Positions 1-12,925 of a stretch of 64,000 nt of DNA are shown here, in pieces. The notes beneath the pieces are model-generated. The model had not been told where the DNA came from, did no database searches, and was given only the letters and a program-made list of their open reading frames with translations. A program made the translations under genes and the position numbers. How positions within the stretch are numbered: position 1 is the stretch's first letter; every line of letters starts with the position of its first letter. The DNA is from Mobula hypostoma. Lineage: Eukaryota. The DNA lies in assembly GCF_963921235.1 (NCBI RefSeq), contig NC_086118.1:25980001-26044000 (forward strand). Reading direction: 5' to 3'.

Positions 1-970
1 TCTAGAGGATGATGGGAAAGGATTGTTTTAAATGATTAGATACCAATGACATAAGGTGTCCCACAAAGATTGGTTCTGAGACCCTTGCTGCTCATGATAA
101 GCAGGAATGATTTGGATGTGGATCGGGGGTATGATCAGTGATTTTCAGGCTTAACATAGATTGGTGGAGTTGTTCATAGTGTGGATGGTAGAGAAATTGA
201 TGTGTTGGTGAAATCGCACATGAGGTTCATCCAGAAATGTGTGAGATGATGCATTTTGAAAGCACTTACGAAACTAGGACATACATCATGAATGGAAGGG
301 TCTTGAAGAGCACTGAGGAACAAAAGGTCCTTGGTGTACAAGTCCATAGATGTTTGAAGAGGTAACAAAGGTAGGTAGTATGATTGGTAATGCATGTGAG
401 ATTTTGGCCTTTACTAGTCAGGGCACTGAATACAAAAGTAGGAGGATATGCTCCAACTTTATAAAACCTTGGTAAGATATCATCTGGAGCAATTTTAAGC
501 TTTCTAGTCACCAAGGAATAGGAAGGAAGTGATAGTGCTGGAGGGGATGCAGATGAGATCCATTGGGATGTTGTCTGGGATGGAGCTTCAGTTCAGCTTT
601 GAAGTGAGATTGGAGGATCTAGGTCAGTATCTCTGGAGCAGAGGGGATTAAGTGGGTCATGATTGAGGTATAGAGATAGACTGCAGGAAACTTTTTCCCT
701 TATCAGAGGCCGATAAAACCAGAGGACCTAAATTTCCAGTAAGGGGGAAGAGATTCCAAGGGAATATAAGGTACTTTTTTCCCTTGTTCACCCACTGAGT
801 GCTAGGTACCTGGAATATACTGGTTGAAGCTGGATCACTGATGTCATTAGAAAAATGTTTAAATGAAGACTCAAATCACTTCAGCATAAAGGGCTGTAGA
901 CCAGTGCTGTGTGATGGGGTTAGTACAGAAAGGTGCCCAGTAGTCAGCATAAAATAGCTGGGCTGAACCC
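1..970 (+). mobile_element. Degraded CR1 LINE 3' fragment (end of RT region and 3' UTR)
   Basis: Recognisably homologous to the better-preserved CR1 3' ends at 17600-18690 and 53187-54137; no open frame survives. Confidence 0.75.
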
Positions 971-974
971 ACAC

Positions 975-1335
975 TCAATTTGAAGGAGCAACACCTTATA
1001 TTCCATCTGGGTATCCTCCAACCTGATGACACGAACATCGATTTCTCAACTTCCAGTAATGCCCCTCCCCTTCTCCATTCCCCATTCCCATTTCTCTCTC
1101 CCACCTTAACTCCTTATCTGCCTATCACCTCCCTCTGGTGCTCCTCCCTCTCTTCTTTCTTCTATGGCCCTCTGTCCTCTCCTAATCAGATTCTCCCTTC
1201 TCTAGCCCCGTATCTCACCAATCAATTTCCCAGCTCTTTCCTTCACCCCCCCCCCATTTTGCCTATCTTCAGTGGTTCTTCCTCCCCTTCCCCCACCCCA
1301 CTTTCTTATTCTGACTCATCTTTTATTCCAGTCAT
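975..1335 (+). mobile_element. Penelope-like element 3' fragment (GIY-YIG endonuclease tail plus pyrimidine-rich pLTR)
   Basis: Encodes KEQHLIFHLGILQPDDTNIDFS, the same tail as at 2258-2330 and 52570-52690, followed by a C/T-rich tract. Confidence 0.75.
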
Positions 1336-2109
1336 GCTGTAAAGACTGTAATGACCTCCAACTATGCTGTAATGATTATATGGTTCTACAATATATTATT
1401 TGATCATGGGCTAGTATTCATGCAATTTATTGAGTGGGGCTAAGAAATAAGAGAAGGAATGAGCAGAATGGTCCTCAACCTGCACCGCTATTCAGTAAGC
1501 TCATGGCTAAGATGATAAACGTCTAGAATTCCAGTTTCCAGCCTACCCCCAGAATCCTCAGCCTCCTCCATACCTACCGTCCAAATTACAGTTGCACATC
1601 CTAAACACAACCATCTACAGCTCTCTGGCTGGAGATTTTGAAAGATTTGAAATCCTGAGGGAAAACAAGTCTTCCTCTTCGCAGAATCAAAAGGGTAGCA
1701 AAAGTCTGATTCTCAGTTTTCCAGCTCTGCGGACAACTAGCATGGTTGCTGCCTCTGCAAGTTCACTGGCTTAACATAAAAGCTAAGCATTCAGCGATAG
1801 TTATCCAAACTTGGTACCATTCTATATTTCTGAACTTCTTCAACCATTTTCAACATAAAACAATATTCTGCAGCCAAGAGATTAATGGATAAATTTAGAA
1901 TAGTACAGTAATATTAAAACTGTATCTTCTGAGCAGCATAGAATATGCAACTACAGTGACGTTGAGGTCATGAGTCAAGTTGGTTCTAACAACCTGCCAA
2001 TGGAAAGCCAAAATAGCAATGCTATGAAGACAGGACAACTTCTCTATACAAAAAACTCCTCCAGCATCTTATCCCAGGATTAGGGACAATGTCAAGTTTT
2101 ACCCTCCAC

Positions 2110-2705
2110 TAACAGGCCTTCCAAGCAGGCCGCTTCGCTGAGCACCCACATTCCGTCCATCAGAAAAAAGCAGGATCTCCCGGTAGCCACCCATTTCCAT
2201 TCTGCTTCCCATTCCCATTCCAACCTGTCAGTTCTTGGCTTCCTCTACTGCTCCAATGAGGAGCAACACCTCATATTCCATCTGGGTAGCCACCAACCTG
2301 ATGGCACAAACATTGATTTCTCTAACTTCTGGTAATTGTTCCCCCCCATTCACCATTCCCCATTCCTGTTTCCCTCTCTCACCTTATCTCCTTGCCTGCC
2401 CATCACCTCCATTGGGTGCTCCTCTTCCTTCCCTTTATTCCTTGGATTTCTGTCCTCTCCTATCAGATTCACCTTTCTCGAGCTCTTTATCTCTTTCACC
2501 AATCAACTTTCCAGCTCTTTACTTCACTGCTCCCCCTCTCCCGGTTTCACTTATCACCTACCACCTTCCTCCCCTTCCCCCACCTTCTCACTCTGACTTC
2601 TCCCCTTCCTTTCCAGTCCTGATGAAAGGTCTCGGCCCGAAACGGCAACTGTTTACTCTTTTCCATAGCTGCTGCCTGTCCGGTTGAGTTCCTCCACCAT
2701 TTACT
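2110..2705 (+). mobile_element. Penelope-like element 3' fragment with pLTR
   Basis: PVATHFHS..HSH..SNTSY/EQHLIFHLG-type endonuclease tail, then a pyrimidine tract and a hammerhead-like motif. Confidence 0.8.
2615..2650 (+). ncRNA. Degenerate minimal hammerhead ribozyme
   Basis: agtc CTGATGA aaggtctcggccc GAAAC GGC aact: the cleavage triplet is GGC rather than GTC, so it is probably inactive. Confidence 0.6.
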
Positions 2706-3099
2706 TCAGAGCGTAAACTTGTCTGAATTATGAATAATTCTGAGTAATGATTAACATCCAAAACGTAAAATGAATTAGAAAGAAAAAAATTCAGTGGTCC
2801 AGATGGAGTGGTGGAGGCACTCTGTGTATGGGGAGGGGTGAGGACTAATTGGGTGATGAAGCAGGAAGAGGTTTGGAGATTGTTAACTGAAAATTCCACA
2901 CTGGGGTGTTAGTTTTGCTTGGTTGGTATTGCATTCTCACAAGTCAGAAAGTTGTTGGTTTTCACCATTGTTACCATTATCTGTGCTGATGCATCTGTGC
3001 AGTCCTGAGGCAATACATTATTGCCAGAAGCACTATCTTTCAAATCAGATATTAACTGAGGTCTTACATGTAACATTGATGCAAATGCCATTACTTCCA

Positions 3100-3258
3100 C
3101 AGTATTCTATTGCATTTCTGCACTTTCCTGGCTCCCTTGTACACTATTCTTTGCATTTTTGGTCAGATGCTAAATGCATTTCATTGGCTTTGTATCTGTA
3201 CTCGGCACAATGACAATAAAGTTGAATCTAATCTAATCTAATCTAATCTAATTCTAAA
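3100..3258 (+). repeat. LINE/SINE 3' tail ending in a (CTAAT)n microsatellite
   Basis: gacaataaagttgaa followed by tandem tctaa units at 3227-3257. Confidence 0.65.
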
Positions 3259-4047
3259 CAGGAATAAGAAAATTCTCCTGGTGCTATTCTCCAGGTTCAG
3301 ACCTCAAAGAACAATAAAAAATTATCTGAGAGTATTCAGATTATTTGGTATGGACTGGAACCCTGTTTATCTCTAGTAATATCCATGCTTAAACGAGCTA
3401 CTTTTATAGCTTAAACACTATTATTCACAAAGATATTCAAGGCACTATTTATATTATTGTGCATTTGCCCACTTCACTCATATTATAACCAAACATTAAC
3501 ATCACCTGCTAATACTGGCTTTGAAATATTGCAGCTTTAAGACAGTGCATACATGTGAACTTCCTGAACATGTAGTTTGAGAAAGATAAAGGTGGTGTAC
3601 TTTGACGGAGATGGAAAATACTGTGCTTGACTGCCTACTTGTCACTAGGCTAAACTCACGTACCATTTTCCTCCCCAAGACATTCTAAGTCTTGCTTCCT
3701 GTGCCTCTTGCATGCTCAGTTAATCAGGTCAAGCAATTTCAGTGAATGTAGATATAGTTTATTCACTAAAGGGCTCAGTGTACGAGGGAGCCAGGGAAAT
3801 GGAGAGTATGTGAGGTTAAGAATGGCAAGGTTATACAAGATCTGAAATCCATGGTGAAACTCAAACAAGGGGTGTGGGGGTAATGTGTGAATCACTCAAT
3901 ATCATATTTTCTCTTTCTCACATCAAAGAATAGTGATTGCGGAGCTCCTATCACTGTCCATGAAATTTTTGCAGATAGCAGCAGACAATGGCTGCATTAA
4001 AGGCCTTCCAAAGTCCCAGTTGGCAAAAGAGACCAATTACTTTGCAT

Positions 4048-4619
4048 GAGGAATTCTGCAGATGCTAGAAATTCAAGCAACACACATCAAAATTGTTGGT
4101 GAACGCAGCAGGCCAGGCAGCATCTCTAGGAAGCAGTACAGTCGACGTTTTGGGCTGAGACCCTTCGTCAGGACTAACTGAAAGAAGAGCTAGTAAGAGA
4201 TTTCAAAGTGGGAGGGGGAGGGGGAGATCAAAACTGATAGGAGAAGACGGGAGGGGGAGGGATGGAGCCAAGAACTGGACAGGTGATTGGCAAAAGGGAT
4301 ATGAGAGGATCATGGGACCCCTTGCCCATCCTCTGGGTTTTCCCCCCTCCCCCTTTTCCTTCTCCCTGGGCCTCCTGTCCCATGATCCTCTCATAACCCT
4401 TTTGCCAATCACCTGTCCAGCTCTTTGCTCCATCCCTCCCCCTCCTGTATTGTCCTATCATTTTGGATCTCCCCCTCCCCCTCCCACTTTCAAATCTCTT
4501 ACTAGCTCTTCCTTCAGTTAGTCCTGACGAAGGGTCTCGGCCCGAAACGTCGACTGTACCTCTTCCTAGAGATGCTGCCTGGCCTGCTGCGTTCACCAGC
4601 AACTTTGATGTGTGTTGCA
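4048..4619. mobile_element. Inverted pair of Penelope pLTRs (fold-back)
   Basis: 4077-4318 is the near reverse complement of 4377-4618, with a ~58 bp spacer. Each arm carries a hammerhead motif. Confidence 0.9.
4520..4555 (+). ncRNA. Minimal type I hammerhead ribozyme, intact core
   Basis: Stem I agtc (4520-4523) pairs with gact (4552-4555). CTGACGA at 4524-4530, then an extra A, stem II GGGT-ctcg-GCCC, GAAA at 4544-4547, palindromic ACGT as stem III, and GTC with predicted cleavage after 4551. Confidence 0.85.
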
Positions 4620-4884
4620 TACATTGTGTTATTTATTTTTATATATTAATCACCTTAATCTATTTGACTACAGAAATATAGCAGGAAGATATATTTTGCT
4701 CCTAGCATATATGGTGGGAGTGAACAGGGAATGTCATTTTTTAGCCTGCTACATGAAAATATCTTAGAAAGGCACAAGAAAACCATTTTCTTCTGATCGC
4801 TCTAAAAATTAAACGGCACTTATGCAGGAGATGAAAAGTATTTTGAAAGATTGCTGGAAGTAATACAATATAAATCAGATCAGG

Positions 4885-5000
4885 ACATGGAAAATACTGG
4901 AGGAACTCAGCAGGTCAGGCAACATCTATGGAAATGAATAAACAGTTGACGCTTTGGGCCGAGATTCTGCTTCGGGACTGGTAAGGAAGGGGGAAGATAT
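4885..5000 (-). mobile_element. Old Penelope pLTR fragment with a decayed hammerhead
   Basis: ggaggaactcagcaggtcaggcaacatctatgg...gttgacgctttgggccgag is a diverged relative of the 4050-4620 family. Confidence 0.65.
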
Positions 5001-5754
5001 CAGTAGAAGAATTAGATATTATAATAATGTAATATAAATTACCTTATATATAATATAAATTAAGTTATATATAAGAATATGAAGTAATTAGATGTTATCT
5101 TGCTTACTGGTTTTCCCGTCTATAAATGACACTCTACACAGGAGACAAATAATGCAAGAAAAATAGCACATCCAAAATATAAGAAAAAATGTGAAGACCA
5201 TCATCAAATAAGAACACAATCAGATATAGACCTTATGGGGAAAAAAAGATTTTAATGTTTAGGAGTATACAGAGAATAAACATTGCCCATTTTTCTTTTT
5301 TGCATCCTGAAAATCTTTAAGTGAAATGAGTATATTATCCTTTCTCTCAAACCTCAGATTAAACTGTAAATCATTTTACAGATCTTACAGACAAGCACTG
5401 GAATTCATAGTGAATAAAACAACACATACAGTATATCTAAATCTTTGCATTGATAATAATGGAATATGTAGCAATTAAATTACATTTTTTTGCTTTTTCT
5501 ACCATTTAAATATGACTATCAACAAATGACACTGTGTAAGATAACTGCTGCGGTCTTTGCAAGCTCCTTACAGCTGAATCTCTTTGAATTAACTGGAAAC
5601 ACGCACAAAATGATGGAGGATTTTGTGTGTGTTGCTTGGATTTGCAGCATCTGCAGATTTTCTCTTGTGAATAAACTGGATTCTATTTTCAGTACCTTAA
5701 TGTTCTTGTTCTAAACATCTTAAGAACCTTCAGATCTGCTTGTAATGAACATAG

Positions 5755-6375
5755 ACTCAAAAGAAATAGAAACAGGAATAGAACTTTCAGTTCATTGTGC
5801 ATGCTCTGCCATGCTATTATATTATGACTGATCTTTTACCTCAGTACCATTTATCAACAGCCCTGCAATCTGCCTTGCTAGTCAGCATATGGCTGATCAG
5901 TTCTAGACCTCGTCTCTTCTTCAGCGCCTAATCCCTATAACCCTCGATTCTTTAATCTTTCAAAAATGTCTTTACCTTTTCAAATACCTCTAAGTAATTT
6001 AGTCTCCACAATCCTTTGTGTAAAGAATTCCACAGATCCACCTTCTGTGAGAAGTACCTACACACCTGTTTCAAGTGTCTGCCCCTCCCTCCCCAAACTC
6101 GACCCCTCGTTCATATTTCTCTCATCCCACCCCCCACTCTCCCCCAAGATATACTGTATGCTTTAGTACAATGACTTCTCATTCTTCTAGACTCTGAAGG
6201 ATAGAGACCTAATAGCCCTCTCATCCCAGGAATTAGCTTAGTGAACCTCTTTCAGATTGCCCCCAATGCTAATATCTGCTTTCCTAAAATTTGAGACTGA
6301 AATTGTGTGCAGTACTCCAGGTGGGTGGCCTCACCGATGTAGTACAATCATAACAAGAATTCCATTTCTCCATCC
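5755..6375 (-). mobile_element. Degraded CR1 3' end
   Basis: Reverse-complement similarity to the CR1 3' UTR and ORF2 end (e.g. ttccacagatcca, gtactccaggtg..ggcctcacc). Confidence 0.6.
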
Positions 6376-6784
6376 CGAATGGCTGATTCCTTTATTTGGA
6401 GACTATGACACAGGTTTGAAGCGCAGCCTTCAGTGTGAGAAACATCAACCATGTCAAACCCCATCAGAATTCAACAAGGTCACTATCACTGAACATGCTA
6501 GTCATGTCCTACAGAGTTTTTCATAATTTACACATGCCACAAAGTTCTATCCTTTCAGCCTTTCCTTAAATTCTACAAGTTTGTTACAAAACACAAAGGA
6601 TGGAAACTTCAGCAAGTGTAAATATTATTTCTGTTTTGTCATTGTCATATATTATTATACAATGCTGTTCACTACATCATTCTCTCGAGTATTCACTCAA
6701 GGTAAATCTCTTCAAAACTGAAATGTGGATTCAAACTTCAAATCCTTTCCATCATGTGGGCTGTTAGCTTTTGGCTCCATAACA

Positions 6785-7370
6785 ACAGCAGCAGTGATTC
6801 ATATGGCAGGCTGCTGTTTATCAATTACAATTTGGCATTCAACACCATTATCCCTTCAGTACTAATCAACGAGCTTCAAAACCTGGGCCTCCGTACCTCC
6901 CTCTGCAATTGGATCCTTGACTTTCCCATCGGGAGACCACAGTCAGTATGGATCGGTAAAAACATCTCCTCCTCACTCACAATCAACACAGGTGCATCTC
7001 AAGGATATGTGCTTAGTTCAGGGCTCTACACTCAGCATTGTGTGGCTAGGCACAGCTCAGAAGCCATCTACAAATTTGCCGATGGCACCACTGTTGAGAT
7101 AGACTGACTGGTTGAATGGTGTCACAACAACAGCCTTGCACTCATTGTCAGCAAAACCAAGGAAATGATTGCAGACTAAGAAGGGGAAGCTGGGAGAGCA
7201 TACCTCATTGAGGGTTTAGCAGTGGAAAGGGTAAGCAGCATCAATTTCCTGGGTGTTAAAATCCTAGAGGTTCTATCCAGGGCCCAACACACTGAAGAAG
7301 GCACACCAGTGACTGTATTTCATTTGGTGTTTGAAGAGATTTGATATGCCTCCAAAGTCTCTAGCATACA
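6785..7370 (+). mobile_element. Rex1/Babar-type LINE RT fragment
   Basis: RLLFINYNLAFNTIIP..LCNWILDF..GASQG..YKFADG matches the Rex1 RT motifs. Confidence 0.8.
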
Positions 7371-7399
7371 AAACCTAACCTGGTTGGTCCTACAGATGT

Positions 7400-8660
7400 G
7401 CAATACCTCACAATTGTCTGCATTAAATTCCATCTGCCATTTTTCAGTTCATTTCTCCAGCTGATCGAGATCCCACAGCAAGCTTTGATAGCCTTCCTCA
7501 CTATCCATTACACCCCGAATCTTGGTGTCATCCAGAAATCTGCTGTTTCAGCTAACCACATTATCAGCTAGATAGATCATTGATATAAACAACAGACACA
7601 GCACTGATCCCTGTGACACTCCACTGCCACAGGCCACCAGTCAGACAGGCAATCATCTACTACCATCCTCTGGCTTCTCCCATGAAGCAAACTTCCAATC
7701 TGATGTACTACCTTATCTTGAATGCCAAGTAACTGAACCTTCTTGACCAACCTTCCATGTGGGCCCTTGTCAAATACCTTGCTAAAGTCCAAATAGACAA
7801 CATCCACTGCCTTGCCTTCATTAACATTTCTGGTAACTTCCTCGAAAAACTTAATAAAATTGGTTAGAAATGATCTACCATGCGCAAAGCCATGTTGACT
7901 ATCCCTTATCAATCCCTTTCTATCCAAATACACATACCTAGATATCAAGTCCCATAGAATACCTTCAAATAACTTCTCAACTGATGATGTCAGGGTCACC
8001 AGCATATAATTTCCTGGCTTTTTCTTAGAGCCTTTCATAAACAACGGATCAACATTAGCTATCCACTAATCCTCTGGCACCTCATGCCATGGCTAAGGAT
8101 CTCTGCAAGGGATCTCTGCAATTTCTGCACTAGCCTCTCACCTTGTCAGGTCCTGGGGATTTATCCAAGACAGCAAAATAATCCTCCTTTGTAAACTGTA
8201 TAGGATTCATGACCTCTGCGTTCATCTCCCAAGTAAATACAAATGCAAAGAAAATCCATTCAAAATCTCTTTAAGCTCCATACATAGATTACCACTCTGA
8301 TGTTCCAGAGGACCAATTTTGTCCCTTGCTATCCTTTTGCTATAAATAAATCAGTAGAAGCCCTCAGGAATCTCTTTCACCTTAACTGCTAGAGCAACCT
8401 CATGCCTTCTTTTAGCTCTCCTGATTTTCTTCTTAAGTGTTTTCTTGCATTTCTTATAATCCTCAAGTAACTCATTTGTTCTTGCCTGCCTATACCTGCT
8501 ATGCACCTCCTTCATTTTCTTAACCAGGGCCTCAATATTTCTCAATAACCACAATACATTTTTGCCAGAAAACAACCTTGTCCCAATCCGCACTTGCCAG
8601 ATCCTTTCTGATACCACCAAAGTTGGCCTTCCTCCAATTTAGAATCTCAACCCAAGGACC
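7400..8660 (-). mobile_element. CR1 ORF2 fragment
   Basis: ORF 7577-8044 has PGNY..SQHGF..VDVVYLDFSKVFDK; upstream pieces include WRKANFGGIRKDL. Confidence 0.9.
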
Positions 8661-9684
8661 AGTGTGTTGGTCCAGATTCCAGCATCCATTGTGCCTTGTG
8701 TTTCCCACAAACTCCAACTTGCCCAAAAATCACTTGCACATATCCAGTCCAGTATTATCCCTCCCATTAGGAATCTCATCTTCCTCCTCATATTATTTAA
8801 ATCACGGGGACAAAAATCATAATGGGGACTGTTTGGGCTGGTTGACTACATTTAATGTTGTAACTTCGAAATGCCTTTCAGCCTTTGCATCTCTTGGTTG
8901 CCTTGCAGCAGCCTTACTCAGTAACTTCTTGCAGATCTAGCACCAGCCTCTTACAAACTACTCAGAGTGCAACTCGCTGACCTATTAATTTTGTTTGTTT
9001 ATGCCTGGTTTTGAATTCCTTTAAGAGAAAACATCTGACAAGTTAAAGGAAGCTGAAAATGCAGAAAAAAAGAATCATTTAAAAACAGGGCAATTACCCT
9101 GAAACTTGGTGAACTCCTTACAACCACTACTCTTTATTTGTCAAAGTTTTAACTTCTTGATGGCTTCATGAAACTTCCCTTTGGAAAGGAAGGTGAATTT
9201 GTACTGATATAGGATTCACACCCTCAAGCAAAAGAGTGCATTACTGCCAATTAATTATTTCTGGGGCATTGAGGCTTTGTATGCAAACAGGAGTCTATTC
9301 ACAAGTCCCAGTGACAGAAAAAAAATGGCTCATTAATTTCTAAATTGAGAGATTTGTGTTGGGCTGGCATTTCAAATAGTGCTACAAAATAATTTATGTC
9401 TGTGAAAAATCAGAATCAGGTTTAATAAAACAGGTGTGTGTCAAGAAATTTGTTAACTTTACAGCAGCAGTTCAATGAAATACATGATAAGTAAATAGAG
9501 AGAAAAAACTGAATGTAGTATATATATATATAATAGTTGTTACAATAAGTAATGCAAATAAAAACAGAAATTAAAAAGTAGTGAGATAATCTTCATGGGT
9601 TCAACATTCATTTAAATATCAGGTGGCAAAGGGGAAGCTGTTCCAGAGTCACTGAGTCTCTACCTCCTTCCCAATAGTAATAAT

Positions 9685-9944
9685 ACTCATTTTGCCAATC
9701 ACCTGTCCAGCTCTTGGCTCCATCCCTCCCCCTCCTGTATTGTCCTATCATTTTGCATCTCCCCCTCCCCCTCCCACTTTCAAATCGCTTACTAACTCTC
9801 CCTTCAGTAAGTCCTGACGAAGGGTCTCGGCCTGAAACGTCGACTGTACCTCTTCCTAGAGATGCTGCCTGGCCTGCTGCGTTCACCAGCAACTTTGATG
9901 TGTGTTGCTTGAATTTCCAGCATCTGCAGAATTCCTCGTGTTTG
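9685..9944 (+). mobile_element. Penelope pLTR insertion
   Basis: Near-identical to 4400-4620. Flanked by direct repeat agtaataat at 9676-9684 and 9945-9953 (TSD). Confidence 0.9.
9810..9845 (+). ncRNA. Minimal type I hammerhead ribozyme, intact core
   Basis: agtc CTGACGA (9814-9820) a gggtctcggcct GAAAC GTC (9839-9841) gact. It differs from the 4520 copy only by a G-U pair at the base of stem II. Confidence 0.75.
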
Positions 9945-11769
9945 AGTAATAATGCATGTCCTTGGTGGTGGGGATCCTTAGTAATAGATGCCACCTTGCT
10001 AAAGCACAGCTGCTTGACGATGTTTTGGATACTACGGAGGCTTGTACCCATGATCGAGCTGACTAATTTTACAAATTTCTGCAACTTACTTTGATCTTGT
10101 GCAGTAACCCTACCTCGCATACCAGACAGTACTGCAGGCCGGTCAGAAAGCTCTCCACGGTACATTTCTAGAAGTTTTCACGCGTTTTAGCTGACAAACT
10201 AAATTTCCTCAAACTCCTAATTAAATACGGCTACTGCCTTGCCTTCTTTACAGTTGCATCAATATGTTGCATCCAGGTTAGGTCCTCAGAGATACTGACA
10301 CCCAGGAACTTGAAATTGCTCACTCTCTCCGCCTCTGATCCCTCTATGGGGATTGATTTGTGTTCACAATCAGCTCTTTGGTTTTGCTGATGTTGAGTGC
10401 AAGGTTTCTTCTGTGAGCCACTCAACAAACTCCTCTACACTCATCTGAGATTCTGCCAACAATAGTTGCATCATCAGCAAATTTATACATGACATTTGAG
10501 CTATGCCTAGCCATACAATCATGGGTATAGAGAGGGTAGAGCAGTGGGCTAAGAGCGCATCCCTGTTTGACAGACTCTTGCAGACCTTTGGGTTGACAGC
10601 AGTCAACACCACTGACGAAGCAACACTGCTGCCTGGAAAATGCACTCAGTAGTAGTCTAGACAACAAACTATTTTGTTTGCTCTCATTGTTTTGAACTTA
10701 TTGCTGCATTTCTTGTTTTATTTATTACTATCATGTATAGTACTTGCTCTGTGAATTTCATGCAAGCAAGGAACTGCATTGCACCCTACAGTGCATGACA
10801 ATAAACGAAACTATTCTGAATCAGAAGAAATTGGCATATGGTTGGAATCAACAACCTTCCAATTCAAAAAGTACAGTTTAATTACTGAAATGAAAATGGC
10901 ACAATGCAACTGTTAAACTTTCCTTGTCTTATCCTGATGTGACCATCAGCACTCTCCCCATGTATCTTGCTGCTTTAGTAAGGTGGCATCTATCATCAAA
11001 TGCCTCCACCATCCATTTCATGCCCTCTTCTCACTGCTACATCAGACAGGAGGTACAGAATCTAGGATTGGCAACTTAATTGGCCACTGTAAAATTGTCT
11101 CTGGTTTGAAAGTAAGTGGGAAAGTTTGGAGTGGAGGAAGAAAGTTGATGGGAATATGGAGATTAAATCAATTAGTATAAATTGTGGTTTAATGGACTCA
11201 GTGGACCGAAGTGTCTATTTCTGTATTTATGATTCTCAGACCAATCTGTGCTATCTCCACTATGTTCCAGCCTGATGTTCTACAGTTCCCATCATCTATT
11301 CCCCTGGCACTCTGCAAGTTTAAACATATCCTGTTTTTAAATAAATCCATTCTAAAGAACAGCCATTGACCTGAAACATTAAATCTGTTTTTCTCACCAC
11401 AGATACCACAAACTATCAAAACTTCTTTGTTTTAATTTCAGATGTAATTGAAACTAGATGAATGGATATAAAACAGATAAAATTAAGCCACTTTACGCCA
11501 ACCATCCTAATGATGAAGTACTTCAAACATGTGAAGAGACTGAAGATGTGGTTAACAGAGGATTAAGTAGGAGTGTTCAGAATCATTGATCATGCTGATT
11601 GAGTTGGTAAGGGAAATTGTGTTCAGAGACAGAAAGTTCGTTAACAGAAAAGTGGAATCAGGTGATTACCAATAGAAACTGCTGTTCTTTGTAAGTTGAG
11701 TTGATACACCTTGCAAAATGTTGCCTGAAAAGGTGAGAGAAGCCAATTGTACATTCAAAAATTTTTGAG

Positions 11770-12925
11770 ACAATTATATTGGCCTTCATAAATCAAAATA
11801 TTGTGTACAAGAGATGGGATGCTCTGTTAAAGTTGTAAAAGATGTTGGTGAGGCCTAATTTGGAGTATTGTGTGCAGTTTTGGTCACCTACCTACAGGAA
11901 AGTTGTAATTAAGGTTGAAAGAGTATAGAGAAAAATTACAAGGATATTACCAAGACTGGAGGACCTGAGTTATAAGGAAAGACCGAATAGGTTCAGACTT
12001 TATTCCTTGGAATGTAGAAGAATGAGGGGAGATTTGATAGAAGTATTCAAAATTATGAGTGGTATAGATAGGGTAAATGCAAGCAGGCTTTTTCCACTGA
12101 AGTTAGACAGGACTACAACTATAAATCATGGGTTAAAAGTGAAAGGTGAAATGTTTAAGGGGAACATGAGGGGAAACTTCTTCACTCAGAGGGTTGTGAG
12201 AATGTGAATTGAGCTGCCAGCATAAGTGGTGCATGCAAACTTGATTTCTTTCTTTCTTTTTCAATCTTTTTATTAGTTTCATAATAATAAACATACCATA
12301 ATATTGATACAAAATTATTGGGAATACATTGTTATAATTAACATAGTTAAATATAAGCCCAGTTGACACGAGTGTTAAATCTCCCAATCATATAGGAGAC
12401 AGATGAACAATATAAAACAAAAAAAATCTTTAAAAAAATCATGAAAAAGAAAAAAAAATCAAAAATATATCCCCCAAAAAAACTAACCTAAACAGTGTTA
12501 ATCAACTAAACTAAGAAACAAAAAGACATGGGCTGTTATGTAACATCATTAAAAAAAAAAGAACCATTAGTGTTGCCGATTCCGTTCCTCTCGAATATAT
12601 TACAAAGAAATAGAATAAGTTTGGAAAAAGTCAAATTACATCATATGAAAATGTTGAATAAATGGCCTCCAAGTCTTTTTGAATTTAATACAGGGATCAT
12701 AAACAACACCTCTAATTTTTTCCAAGCTTATACACAACATAGTTTGAGAGAACCAATGAAATGTGGTTTCAATGTTTAAGAGAAGTTTGGATAGGTACAT
12801 GGATGGTAGGGATATGGAGGGCTATGGTTTGGATGCAGGTCAGTGGGAGTAGGCAGCTTTAATTATTCTGCACGGACTAGATGAGCCAAAAAGCATGTTT
12901 CTGTGCTGTACTTTTCTAGGACTCT
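11770..12925 (+). mobile_element. CR1 3' end, interrupted by an L1 fragment
   Basis: LVRPNLEYCVQFWSP and RRMRGDLIEVFKI..FFTQRVV; the 3' UTR resumes at ~12768. Confidence 0.85.
12246..12765 (-). mobile_element. L1-clade LINE 3' end
   Basis: The minus strand reads WFSQTMLCISLEKIRG..KTWRPFIQHFHMM*, an L1 ORF2 C-terminus, then a T-rich UTR, AATAAA and an A-rich tail. Confidence 0.7.

Larger units (their letters stand above)
9408..10565 (-). mobile_element. Rex1/Babar LINE 3' portion, interrupted by a Penelope pLTR
   Basis: QGCALSPLLY..YKFADDATIVG and FKFLGVSISEDLTW motifs; (GATTCT)n-type tail at 9408-9420. Confidence 0.85.

Noticed and set aside
9608..10165. 185-aa ORF, and repeated 'PDEGSRPETSTVPLPRDAAW' peptides
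   Set aside because: Chance read-through across a Rex1/pLTR chimera. The conserved peptide is just the hammerhead DNA translated.
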